The notes under the pieces: model-generated | Database searches by the model: none | Told to the model about the DNA's origin: nothing | Seen by the model: only the letters and a program-made list of their open reading frames with translations | Assembly (NCBI GenBank): GCA_003552365.1 | Contig: PUKR01000172.1 | Location: 1 to 37,596 of the forward strand | Source: Syntrophomonadaceae bacterium | GTDB lineage: Bacteria; Bacillota; Dethiobacteria; DTU022 | Direction: 5' to 3' | DNA length: 37,596 nt | Part shown: in pieces, positions 25,694-33,541 of the stretch | Layout: every line of letters starts with the position of its first letter | Numbering within the stretch: position 1 is the stretch's first letter | Position numbers and translations under genes: made by a program

Positions 25694-26083
25694 TTACTCT
25701 TCCCCCTCGATAATGTTAAAGAAAAAACTCACAATAGTGCTAGCTACTTTAAATCCGAGAAAAACAGTAATGATCATGATCGCACCAGAACTAAAGAGTT
25801 CTCCAGCTTCCCCCATGGGGAATCCGGCAGCCCGGTTGGCTAAAAAATTTCCTCCTACAGCTACTCCCACCAGTCCGGTGAGTACAAATCCAAGAGCGCC
25901 GCCACTTTCCAGGATGGAAGAAACATCTTCTGAAATCTGTCTTGCCCCCACTTCAAGGTTGAAAGACACGGCTAAAAGAACAAGGCTCGCACCAAAAATA
26001 GCTCCGCCGGAAAACCCACCGCCAGGGGAAAGATGGCCGTGCAGCACAATATAGATACCATAAACCTGGATAAATGGGACCAC
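25694..26083 (-). CDS. mnhB: Mrp subunit B domain protein (MbhF-like); true start probably upstream (CTG 26119 or ATT 26125)
   Basis: HGHLSPGGGFSGGAIFGASLVL is the MnhB signature. Family-typical N-terminal residues (EDQIVRITSRLVVPFIQVYG) are encoded in frame upstream of the only canonical start, GTG 26083, and there is no ATG, GTG or TTG before the in-frame TAG at 26126-26128. Confidence 0.85.
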   Translation of the reverse strand: MVPFIQVYGIYIVLHGHLSPGGGFSGGAIFGASLVLLAVSFNLEVGARQISEDVSSILESGGALGFVLTGLVGVAVGGNFLANRAAGFPMGEAGELFSSGAIMIITVFLGFKVASTIVSFFFNIIEGEE

Positions 26084-26135
26084 AAGCCTGCTGGTTATAC
26101 GAACAATTTGGTCTTCCAGTACAATCTACCCCCAG

Positions 26136-26474
26136 TTACGAGTGAGATTTCAAGGTGGCAACCACCGCGGCAATTGCTACAAAAAGCACAGTAGCTTCAC
26201 CCAGGGTATCAAAAGCACGGTAATCAATGATCACGCTGCTGACTATATTCACCGCCCCGGTATCGACAACCCCCTGTTCCATGTAGCGGACAGGGATCTC
26301 GTTAAATACCGGGTTGTTGGGATCGCCAAAAGGCGGCATCTCGGCAACAGTAAAGCTAAAGAAAAAGCCAATCAAGCCGACAAGCAATATTGTAAACACA
26401 CCCCTTGCCTGGAGGCGCAGAAGGTAGCGCATCGCAAAAACAGCCGCGATAATAATAAACAGAATATCTTCCAC
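26136..26474 (-). CDS. MbhE-like small membrane protein (corresponds to the MrpA C-terminal segment)
   Basis: The sequence AVNIVSSVIIDYRAFDTLGEATVLFVAIAAV matches the N-V-V-x-x-I-L-x-D-[FY]-R-G-x-D-T-L-G-E segment of MrpA C-terminal and MbhE proteins. The start is GTG, 8 nt after GAGGGGGG. Confidence 0.7.
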   Translation of the reverse strand: MEDILFIIIAAVFAMRYLLRLQARGVFTILLVGLIGFFFSFTVAEMPPFGDPNNPVFNEIPVRYMEQGVVDTGAVNIVSSVIIDYRAFDTLGEATVLFVAIAAVVATLKSHS

Positions 26475-26499
26475 TTAAACATCCCCCCTCACAGGCTCC

Positions 26500-26751
26500 C
26501 TATTCAGCCCGCCTGGTTTTGCTGATTGTCGCGATCAGCAGCAAGGTAGTAACCCCGGTACCAAGGGCAGCTTCCACCATGGCCACATCGGGTGCGCTCA
26601 GCTGCTGCCAGATAATGGCCATGATCAAACCAAAGGAAGCAAAAACAATTACCGCGCTGAGCATATCACGAATCTGGGCCACGGCGATAGCACATACCAC
26701 TAAAAATAACAGTAATAAAGCATTCAACACTTCTGTTAAAATGTCAGTCAT
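26500..26751 (-). CDS. DUF4040 / MbhD-like membrane protein
   Basis: IRDMLSAVIVFASFGLIMAIIWQQLSAPDVAMVEAALGTGVTTLL carries the APDVA-x-x-EA-x-x-G signature. I prefer the ATG at 26751 (8 nt after AGGAG, ATGACTGA overlap with the mnhG stop) over the track's GTG at 26760. Confidence 0.75.
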   Translation of the reverse strand: MTDILTEVLNALLLLFLVVCAIAVAQIRDMLSAVIVFASFGLIMAIIWQQLSAPDVAMVEAALGTGVTTLLLIATISKTRRAE

Positions 26752-27064
26752 TTGAATCACTCCTGCCTATCTGCGGCTTGATCCCCGTTGTATAAGCGAC
26801 CCGGGCAATAACATGGGCTGCCGTCGGGTTAGTGATCAATACAAATAAAATCAGTAGAGCAAGCCTGATCGCCACCGCCATTTCACTTTGCAGCGCAAGG
26901 GAAAGCAGCACCAAACCGGCTCCGAGTGTATCACACTTTGATGTGGCATGCAGGCGGTTGTATACATCAGGCAGGCGCAGCAAACCAACTATAGCTACAA
27001 CCAGGAAAAAAAGACCGATGATCATTGAAACGATTGACAAGATGTACAAAATAGTCTCGAGCAT
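26744..27064 (-). CDS. mnhG: Mrp subunit G
   Basis: GLLRLPDVYNRLHATSKCDTLGAGLVLL is the MnhG/PhaG signature. The protein is 106 aa with three TM segments. Confidence 0.85.
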   Translation of the reverse strand: MLETILYILSIVSMIIGLFFLVVAIVGLLRLPDVYNRLHATSKCDTLGAGLVLLSLALQSEMAVAIRLALLILFVLITNPTAAHVIARVAYTTGIKPQIGRSDSND

Positions 27065-27072
27065 CGTATTAG

Positions 27073-27354
27073 TTAATCCAGCGCCCCTTTCTCCAGGTAC
27101 TTGGCAACACCGATGGTAAAAATAAAACCCATTAAAGCATAAATCATGGCAATATCAAGGAAGTAAACCTGTTCATAGATCCTGGCTATCAGGGTAATAA
27201 TGATCAGCGTATTTGTCGTAATAATATTAATAGCGACAACCCGGTCGGGCGCGGTGGGCCCGGCAAGCGCCCTGATCATGGCAACAAATATTGTCAGCAT
27301 AACCAGGATTGCCCCTACCGGAAATAAAATATCAAGGATTTGCTCATAAATCAC
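27073..27354 (-). CDS. mnhF: Mrp subunit F
   Basis: IRALAGPTAPDRVVAINIITTN is the MnhF signature. The GTG start overlaps the mnhE stop as TAGTG. Confidence 0.85.
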   Translation of the reverse strand: MIYEQILDILFPVGAILVMLTIFVAMIRALAGPTAPDRVVAINIITTNTLIIITLIARIYEQVYFLDIAMIYALMGFIFTIGVAKYLEKGALD

Positions 27355-27857
27355 TACTTATCGCCCTCCATTTCTTTAAGCCTGGTCATCAGGTGCCAGT
27401 CCTGGATGGCAATACCACTTTCTTTGGTGAGGGCATGGACCAGGTAGTCTTTTTCGTCGGCAAGGACTGTCAATGTCCCCGGGCACATAGTAATAGAGTT
27501 GCCGAAAAGAGTGCGACTGCCAGTGGTCTCCAGATCCACCTCAACCGAAACGAGGTTGGGGTAAATCGGCATTTTCGGGTGCAGCACAAGCCAGGCTATC
27601 TGGAAATTGGCAATAAATATTTCTTTAACCAGCACCAGTATATAGCCGGTTAGCCAGAGCACATTTTTCAAGGTAACCGCCGGCCTTTCCTGGGAAGTGA
27701 TCAACAGGGTCCGATTAAAGTAGACTACAAAGGCCGCCGACACCAGGCCAACAACCAGCTGTGGCAAATCGAAGGTCCCGCTTACAGCAATCCAAAACCC
27801 TAATAACAAGAGGGTAAAACCGATATAATTAAGCCAATTGCTTTTCAATTTATCCAT
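27354..27857 (-). CDS. mnhE: Mrp subunit E
   Basis: The sequence reads WLNYIGFTLLLLGFWIAVSGTFDLPQLVVGLVSAAFV...ITMCPGTLTV, where ITLTPGT-like is the MnhE signature. I prefer the ATG at 27857; the track ORF begins at TTG 27923 with no RBS. Confidence 0.8.
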   Translation of the reverse strand: MDKLKSNWLNYIGFTLLLLGFWIAVSGTFDLPQLVVGLVSAAFVVYFNRTLLITSQERPAVTLKNVLWLTGYILVLVKEIFIANFQIAWLVLHPKMPIYPNLVSVEVDLETTGSRTLFGNSITMCPGTLTVLADEKDYLVHALTKESGIAIQDWHLMTRLKEMEGDK

Positions 27858-27935
27858 CACCAGGTTTCGAATTAGATTTTTTTTAAAATAAAATATAATA
27901 AATATTTCACATGCCAGGCTCAAAAATGAAAACTT

Positions 27936-28808
27936 CTAAGTGCCCTTTTCAGACGATACAGCTTCTGCTTTCTCTTTATTTTGTTCGATCGCACCGGGCA
28001 TTATCGGCAGCGCAGTCCGCGGGTAAATTGTCCCTGGCGGACATACCGGGACACACCTGCCGCAATCATCACATTTATCGATATCGATAACTGCAAGCTT
28101 ATCATCCATCTCTATAGCTTCCTGCGGACACTCTTTTACACAAGCCCTGCAGCCTATGCATCCAACCGAACAGGCCTTTGAAACTGTCTTACCCCGATCC
28201 TGCGAACTGCACAAAACCAGGTGACCTTGCCCTGAACGCCTGGGGAGAGTCTGGATCAGATCTCGCGGGCAGGCTTCTACGCATAATCCGCAGCCGGTGC
28301 ACGCATCAGGATCAACAATTGGCAAACCATGAGATCCGATTTCTATCGCTTCAAACGGGCAGACCCTAACACAATTACCCAGCCCGAGGCAGCCGTAACC
28401 ACAAGCTTTAAATCCTCCGTTAAACCTCCCCGCTACCTCGCAATCCTCTACTCCGTCATATATAAACAAGTCAGCAGCATGTTCGTTATCACCGATACAA
28501 AATACGGTCGCTATTAGCGGTTCCGAGTCGGTTACTTCGAGTCCCAGTTCTTCAGCGATAGCCCGGGTGGTTTCTTCTCCACCGGGAATACATGCGTTAG
28601 CTGCCACTTCTCCTTTGACTACCGCCGCCGCAAAATTAACACAACCGGCATAACCGCAAGCTCCGCAATTAGCTCCTGGTAAGATATCTTTAACTGCATC
28701 CACTCTCGGATCAGTTTTTACCGCAAAAACACGTGCTGCAATAGACAATAGCAGTCCAAAAAGAAGGCCGATCAAGCCTAAAGCAATAATTGCATATGCT
28801 ATCTGCAC
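27936..28808 (-). CDS. rnfB: Rnf complex subunit B (membrane-anchored polyferredoxin)
   Basis: An N-terminal TM is followed by LPGANCGACGYAGC and several CxxCxxCxxxCP clusters (CTGCGLCVEACP, CIGCRACVKECP, CDDCGRCVPVCP). Confidence 0.93.
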   Translation of the reverse strand: MQIAYAIIALGLIGLLFGLLLSIAARVFAVKTDPRVDAVKDILPGANCGACGYAGCVNFAAAVVKGEVAANACIPGGEETTRAIAEELGLEVTDSEPLIATVFCIGDNEHAADLFIYDGVEDCEVAGRFNGGFKACGYGCLGLGNCVRVCPFEAIEIGSHGLPIVDPDACTGCGLCVEACPRDLIQTLPRRSGQGHLVLCSSQDRGKTVSKACSVGCIGCRACVKECPQEAIEMDDKLAVIDIDKCDDCGRCVPVCPPGTIYPRTALPIMPGAIEQNKEKAEAVSSEKGT

Positions 28809-28853
28809 GTTTTAAATCACCTCGCACCAATGTTTAACATTAAAGATATTCGC

Positions 28854-29435
28854 CTACAGCGTTAACATACCACTAAAGCCAAGGAAGGCCAACGACAATA
28901 TTCCGGCAGTGATTAAAGTAATTGCGGACCCCTGCAGGGCTTCCGGAATTTTTGCCATCTCTAATCTTTCCCGAATTCCGGCCATGATAACAAGGGCCAG
29001 TGAAAACCCGATCGAAGCGGCAATGCCAAAAACAACCGCTTCAACAAAAGTAAATTCTTCCCTGACGGCAAGCAAAGCAACCCCCATAATCGCGCAATTT
29101 GTGGTAATTAACGGTAAAAAGATCCCCAAACCCTGGTACAGGGTGGGACTTATTTTTCGCAGCGCCGTTTCTACCAGTTGAACCAGTGAAGCAATAACCA
29201 AAATAAACGTGACAATCTGCAGATATTCCAACTCATATGGCACCAAGACAAAAGTATTAAGAATCCAGGTTACAAGCGTAGCCATGGTCATTACGAATAT
29301 CACGGCCATACTCATACCGATTGCGGTTTCCATTTTACGAGAAACTCCGATAAATGGGCAAATCCCCAAAAACCGTTGCAAAACAAAATTGTCGACCAAA
29401 ATATAGATAAAAATTATTGCCAGCAGTCTTTCCAT
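28854..29435 (-). CDS. rnfA: Rnf complex subunit A
   Basis: The 193 aa protein shows NFVLQRFLGICPFIGVS and LGIFLPLITTNCAIMG, the RnfA/NqrE signature. Confidence 0.95.
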   Translation of the reverse strand: MERLLAIIFIYILVDNFVLQRFLGICPFIGVSRKMETAIGMSMAVIFVMTMATLVTWILNTFVLVPYELEYLQIVTFILVIASLVQLVETALRKISPTLYQGLGIFLPLITTNCAIMGVALLAVREEFTFVEAVVFGIAASIGFSLALVIMAGIRERLEMAKIPEALQGSAITLITAGILSLAFLGFSGMLTL

Positions 29436-29499
29436 AATAACCTCCTGATACCGGTTATTTTATTTAAACTAAAAATTTACGTTTTCAAGGATATCCCGG

Positions 29500-30129
29500 T
29501 TATTTAATATTAAGCTTCTTAAAAATTACGTTAAAGATGCCCAACAGCAATCCCAGGGCAATAAAAGCTCCGGGGGGTTGTGCAAACAGGCCCATTGGCT
29601 CAAATCCCGGCCCAAAAAGGTAGACTGCGCTTTCCGGGTCGGGCCCCATCAGGGTGCCGTGTCCGGCAACTTCACGAACAAAAGCCAATATCCCCAGGGC
29701 CAGGGTAAAACCAATGCCAACCCCGATGCCGTCAATCAAAGATCGAATTACCGGCTGCTTGCCTGCAAAAGCTTCAGCCCTGCCCAGTATAACACAGTTA
29801 ACTACAATTAAGGGGACAAAAATGCCCAACGCTTCGTGAAGTGCCGGTTGAAAAGCCTCTAAAACCATATCAATTACAGTTACAAATGTTGCGATCACTA
29901 CAATAAAGCATGGTATCCGCACCTGGGGCGGAATAAATTTTTTGAGACTGGAGATCACCACATTTGAAGCAACCAGTACTGCGGTTGCAGCAATTCCCAT
30001 CCCCACTCCATTTATAAAAAAGGCAGTAACACCCAGCACCGGGCACAATCCAAGCAGCAATTTGAAAACCGGGTTTTCGCGAACGATACCCCTGGTCAAG
30101 TCTTGAACATAAACACTTTTATCACTCAA
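29500..30129 (-). CDS. rnfE: Rnf complex subunit E
   Basis: ENPVFKLLLGLCPVLGVT and LGIFVPLIVVNCVILGRAE are RnfE/NqrD signatures. I prefer the TTG at 30129 (8 nt after GGAGGTGA, overlapping the rnfG stop as TTGAGTGA); the track ORF starts at GTG 30147. Confidence 0.93.
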   Translation of the reverse strand: MSDKSVYVQDLTRGIVRENPVFKLLLGLCPVLGVTAFFINGVGMGIAATAVLVASNVVISSLKKFIPPQVRIPCFIVVIATFVTVIDMVLEAFQPALHEALGIFVPLIVVNCVILGRAEAFAGKQPVIRSLIDGIGVGIGFTLALGILAFVREVAGHGTLMGPDPESAVYLFGPGFEPMGLFAQPPGAFIALGLLLGIFNVIFKKLNIK

Positions 30130-30976
30130 CTGTTCCGTCACCTCCACTGCCTTCTTCTACAGGTGTGCTCTTTAGGGCATTCTCCACGGCAAAAATAATT
30201 CGCTCCGCACTCAAAGTAGCCCCGGTCTGTGTATCGACATTCAAACTTTGTTCCTCAACAATTTTTTCCGGGATTAATGGATAAGATTCTACAAAGTACG
30301 CATCAGTTTCGTTTTGTTCAATAACCTCAATACGTTCCAGCCTTCCCTCCGAGATTTCAACTTCAACCGTCAAAGTTCCCCTGGTTCCTTCCGCACTTCC
30401 ATGGTATACACCGTCTTCAACTGAAGGGATATCAGAAGAGGCTACTTCCTTACCCAGAAAATGTTCACCGATATTAACCACTGTCCTGCGTATCGAACCA
30501 ATCATTGCTGCGGTGCTCTCAGTAGCGCCACTAACTGCATCAACATCCTCACCATCCTGGATTTGATCATCATAGCCTTTACCGATAAATTGTTCCTGGA
30601 AGTCACTGGTTGTAATCACATCACCGATACCAGGGGTTTCAGAGTGGCTCGTAACTATAATGCCTTTAATAATTCCTTCATCATCCACCGCAAGATTATA
30701 TCTTATTGTTCCGTCATAACCCTGCGTCGATACTGTAGCCATTATTCCCAGCAATTCGCCTTCCTGATCGTAAACCAGATCAAAGCTTTCTCCGTCTACT
30801 GTTTCGCTCTCAAAATTATCAAGGTCGGGGAAAAATTTTTCCAGGGCTTCGATATATTCTCTTTCTTCTCTTTCCCGGATCACCGGTTCCGTTAAATTAT
30901 GTAACCCGGTAAGCAGGGCAGCGGATAACATAGCCACCAATACCAGCACTGAAGAAAGGCGGATAATGTTATGCAC
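30122..30976 (-). CDS. rnfG: Rnf complex subunit G with an additional C-terminal FMN-binding domain
   Basis: The protein has an N-terminal TM, a first FMN_bind domain ending in DAVSGATESTAAM, and a second FMN_bind-like domain (GTLTVEVEISEGRLERIEVIEQNET...VDTQTGATLSAERIIFAVENAL). It is 284 aa against roughly 200 aa for typical RnfG. The GTG start overlaps the rnfD stop. Confidence 0.9.
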   Translation of the reverse strand: MHNIIRLSSVLVLVAMLSAALLTGLHNLTEPVIREREEREYIEALEKFFPDLDNFESETVDGESFDLVYDQEGELLGIMATVSTQGYDGTIRYNLAVDDEGIIKGIIVTSHSETPGIGDVITTSDFQEQFIGKGYDDQIQDGEDVDAVSGATESTAAMIGSIRRTVVNIGEHFLGKEVASSDIPSVEDGVYHGSAEGTRGTLTVEVEISEGRLERIEVIEQNETDAYFVESYPLIPEKIVEEQSLNVDTQTGATLSAERIIFAVENALKSTPVEEGSGGDGTVE

Positions 30977-31949
30977 TTTTTCTCACCTCCCCACCAAACT
31001 GTCGGGGTGTTGTAAAATTATCAATAATGGGGGTTACTGCGTTCATCAGCAGGATTGCAAAAGAAACCCCTTCCGGATATGTGCCCCACAACCTGATCAG
31101 CATGGTGATCAAGCCACAACCAATTCCAAAAATAATACGCCCCTGTGGAGTAACCGGAGTAGTAACCATATCGGTGGCCATAAAAATAGCCCCGATCATT
31201 ACTCCTCCTGCCAGGACATGGAATAACCCGGTAAGCAGGTAGTTTTCATAAAATCCTCCACCAAAAATCGTGCCCAGGACAAAGACCGTCCCAATAAATC
31301 CACCGGGAATCCTAAAATCAATGTGGCCCCTGTAAATTAACCATATACCCCCTATCAATAAAGCCAGGGCAGAGGTTTCTCCCAGGGATCCTCCTATATT
31401 TCCAATAAATATTTCCGGTAAGCTGTGGGCCAGCGCCTCCTGCGGGGCGGCCAAAACAGTGGCCCCTGTTACAGCGGAAACATCTGCGGTAAAAGCAAAA
31501 GGCTGCGGCAAGGCCCAGACATCCCCGGCCATATATCCACCCCAGGAAACAACCAGGATCGCCCGGCCAACCAGTGCCGGATTAAAAATGTTATAACCAA
31601 TTCCGCCAAAAACCTGTTTACCTATAATAATTGCCGAAACGGAACCCACAACTGCTGTCCACCAGGGAATAGTCGGGGGAAGGGTCAAAGCTAAAAGCAA
31701 ACCCGTGACAGCAGCGCTGCCGTCTCCCAAAAAGTTATCGCGTTTTCTTAGCCATATAGCTTCGACAACTATGGCAGCGGTAACCGATAGAACCATAATC
31801 AACAAAGCCCTGTATCCGAATAACAACACCGCCATTAAAGCTGCCGGAAAAAGGGCTACCATAACATCGAACATAATGCTCTGCACACTATCACTTGAAC
31901 GTATATGAGGTGAAGAAGATACTACTAATTTTTCGCTAATTTCAAACAC
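30969..31949 (-). CDS. rnfD: Rnf complex subunit D
   Basis: The sequence shows SSSPHIRS, a flavinylation-type motif VSAVTGATVLA, and FMATDMVTTP. The protein is 326 aa and starts with GTG. Confidence 0.95.
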   Translation of the reverse strand: MFEISEKLVVSSSPHIRSSDSVQSIMFDVMVALFPAALMAVLLFGYRALLIMVLSVTAAIVVEAIWLRKRDNFLGDGSAAVTGLLLALTLPPTIPWWTAVVGSVSAIIIGKQVFGGIGYNIFNPALVGRAILVVSWGGYMAGDVWALPQPFAFTADVSAVTGATVLAAPQEALAHSLPEIFIGNIGGSLGETSALALLIGGIWLIYRGHIDFRIPGGFIGTVFVLGTIFGGGFYENYLLTGLFHVLAGGVMIGAIFMATDMVTTPVTPQGRIIFGIGCGLITMLIRLWGTYPEGVSFAILLMNAVTPIIDNFTTPRQFGGEVRKSA

Positions 31950-31969
31950 ATCCTTCCCCGATCAAAGGC

Positions 31970-33313
31970 CTACTTGTTCTGTTTCTTCCTGTTCATTATT
32001 TCAGCCTTGGCAATTCTAATCCACTGGGTTAAAGGTATTTTAGACGGGCAAACATACGAACAACACCCGCACTCAAAACAGTCAAGTGCGTTTAATTGTT
32101 CAGCTTTTTTGTAATCGCCAAATTCTGTTACCTGGGCTATAGTAGTAGGCAGAAGCTGCACCGGGCAGGAATCGACACATTTGGCACAGCGAATACATGG
32201 GCTGCTTTCCACCAAATGCACATCTTCATCAGTCAAAGCAAGAATGCCGGAAGTCCCTTTTATAACCGGAATATCAGGCGTTGGCTGGGCTAAACCCATC
32301 ATCGGCCCGCCAACAACCAGCTTTACCGTGGACTCACTCATTCCCCCGCAATATTCAATAACATCGGAAACTAGAGTCCCTATCCTGACCTGGAGGTTTT
32401 TGGGCTCTTTTATCCCCGAACCGGTAACAGTAAGCGTTCTTTCCACCAGAGGTTTTCCCTGCCGGATCGCTTGAGTAATAGCCACTGCAGTACCAACATT
32501 ATGATTCACCACTCCGACTTCCAGGGGCAGGGCTCCTTCTGCCGGAACTACCCTGCCCGTAGTAGCATAAATTAACATTTTTTCCGCACCCTGCGGGTAT
32601 TTTGTATGCAGGGAAATTACCTGGATATTCTGCTCGCCGGCAACAGCATCTTCCATAACCTTAATTGCATCCGGTTTGTTATCTTCAATTCCGATGATGC
32701 CTCTATCTGCGCCAAGCGCTTTTATCATTGCCTTCAAACCAAAAACAATTTCTTCCGTCTTCTCAAGCATGACCCGGTGATCGGCAGTTAGATAAGGTTC
32801 ACACTCTGAACCGTTTATAATTACCAGATCAATTGGCTTGTCTTCCGGTGGAGACAACTTAACGTGGGCAGGAAAAGTAGCTCCCCCCAGGCCAACAATA
32901 CCGGCTTCTCTAACAATTTTTCTGATATCTTCCGGTGAAAGCTTATCTAAATCAGGATTTGGTTTTATATTATCATCCCACTGATCCATACCATCCGATT
33001 CAATGGTTACCGCGTTAATTTTCACTCCGAGCGGATGGCTGTGCTGTCCAATATCAACCACCGTTCCCGATATCGAAGAATGAACCGGGGCAGAAACAAA
33101 CCCTTTGTTATCGCCCAGTTTTTGACCGGTTCTTATCTCAGCTCCCTTTTCAATTTTTTCAACATCGGCAAGTAACTCGCAGGGGGCTCCGATGTGCTGC
33201 TGCATGGGTATAACCACTTTTTCTGGAAGCGGCATCTTTTCAATGGCCAGCGATGATGTAAATTGTTTTTGATCTTCAGGGTGGACTCCACCCATAAAAA
33301 GTTCCTTGGCCAT
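31970..33313 (-). CDS. rnfC: Rnf complex subunit C (NADH-binding, 2x[4Fe-4S])
   Basis: The sequence shows GIVGLGGATFPAHVKL, INGSECEPYLTADHR, CIRCAKCVDSCP and CFECGCCSYVCP. The protein is 447 aa. Confidence 0.95.
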   Translation of the reverse strand: MAKELFMGGVHPEDQKQFTSSLAIEKMPLPEKVVIPMQQHIGAPCELLADVEKIEKGAEIRTGQKLGDNKGFVSAPVHSSISGTVVDIGQHSHPLGVKINAVTIESDGMDQWDDNIKPNPDLDKLSPEDIRKIVREAGIVGLGGATFPAHVKLSPPEDKPIDLVIINGSECEPYLTADHRVMLEKTEEIVFGLKAMIKALGADRGIIGIEDNKPDAIKVMEDAVAGEQNIQVISLHTKYPQGAEKMLIYATTGRVVPAEGALPLEVGVVNHNVGTAVAITQAIRQGKPLVERTLTVTGSGIKEPKNLQVRIGTLVSDVIEYCGGMSESTVKLVVGGPMMGLAQPTPDIPVIKGTSGILALTDEDVHLVESSPCIRCAKCVDSCPVQLLPTTIAQVTEFGDYKKAEQLNALDCFECGCCSYVCPSKIPLTQWIRIAKAEIMNRKKQNK

Positions 33314-33541
33314 TAGTTATTATCACCCTTTCGAACTGTTATCTTGCTTAAAAGCCCAATTAGTCTTATTCAGGATTCAGCATCTTTCATACGTAAAAAA
33401 AATAGAATTCCTATGAATTGACTTAACTACTTTTCGTTAAATAATCGCAAAGTCCTGCCAAAAAACGCTTATTTTAATGCAACAGCTTAAAAAAGAACAA
33501 ATCAATAATTTATTTACATTCAAATATTTTTCACTATTATT

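Noticed and set aside
33314-33541. The AT-rich 228 nt region upstream of rnfC, scanned for a promoter and for a Rex-type operator (TTGTGAA...TTCACAA).
   Set aside because: Several weak -35/-10 combinations exist (for example TTGTTC, 18 nt spacer, TAAAAT), but none is convincing. TAGTGAAAAATATTTGAATG is not a true inverted repeat. A promoter is likely here, but I cannot place it.
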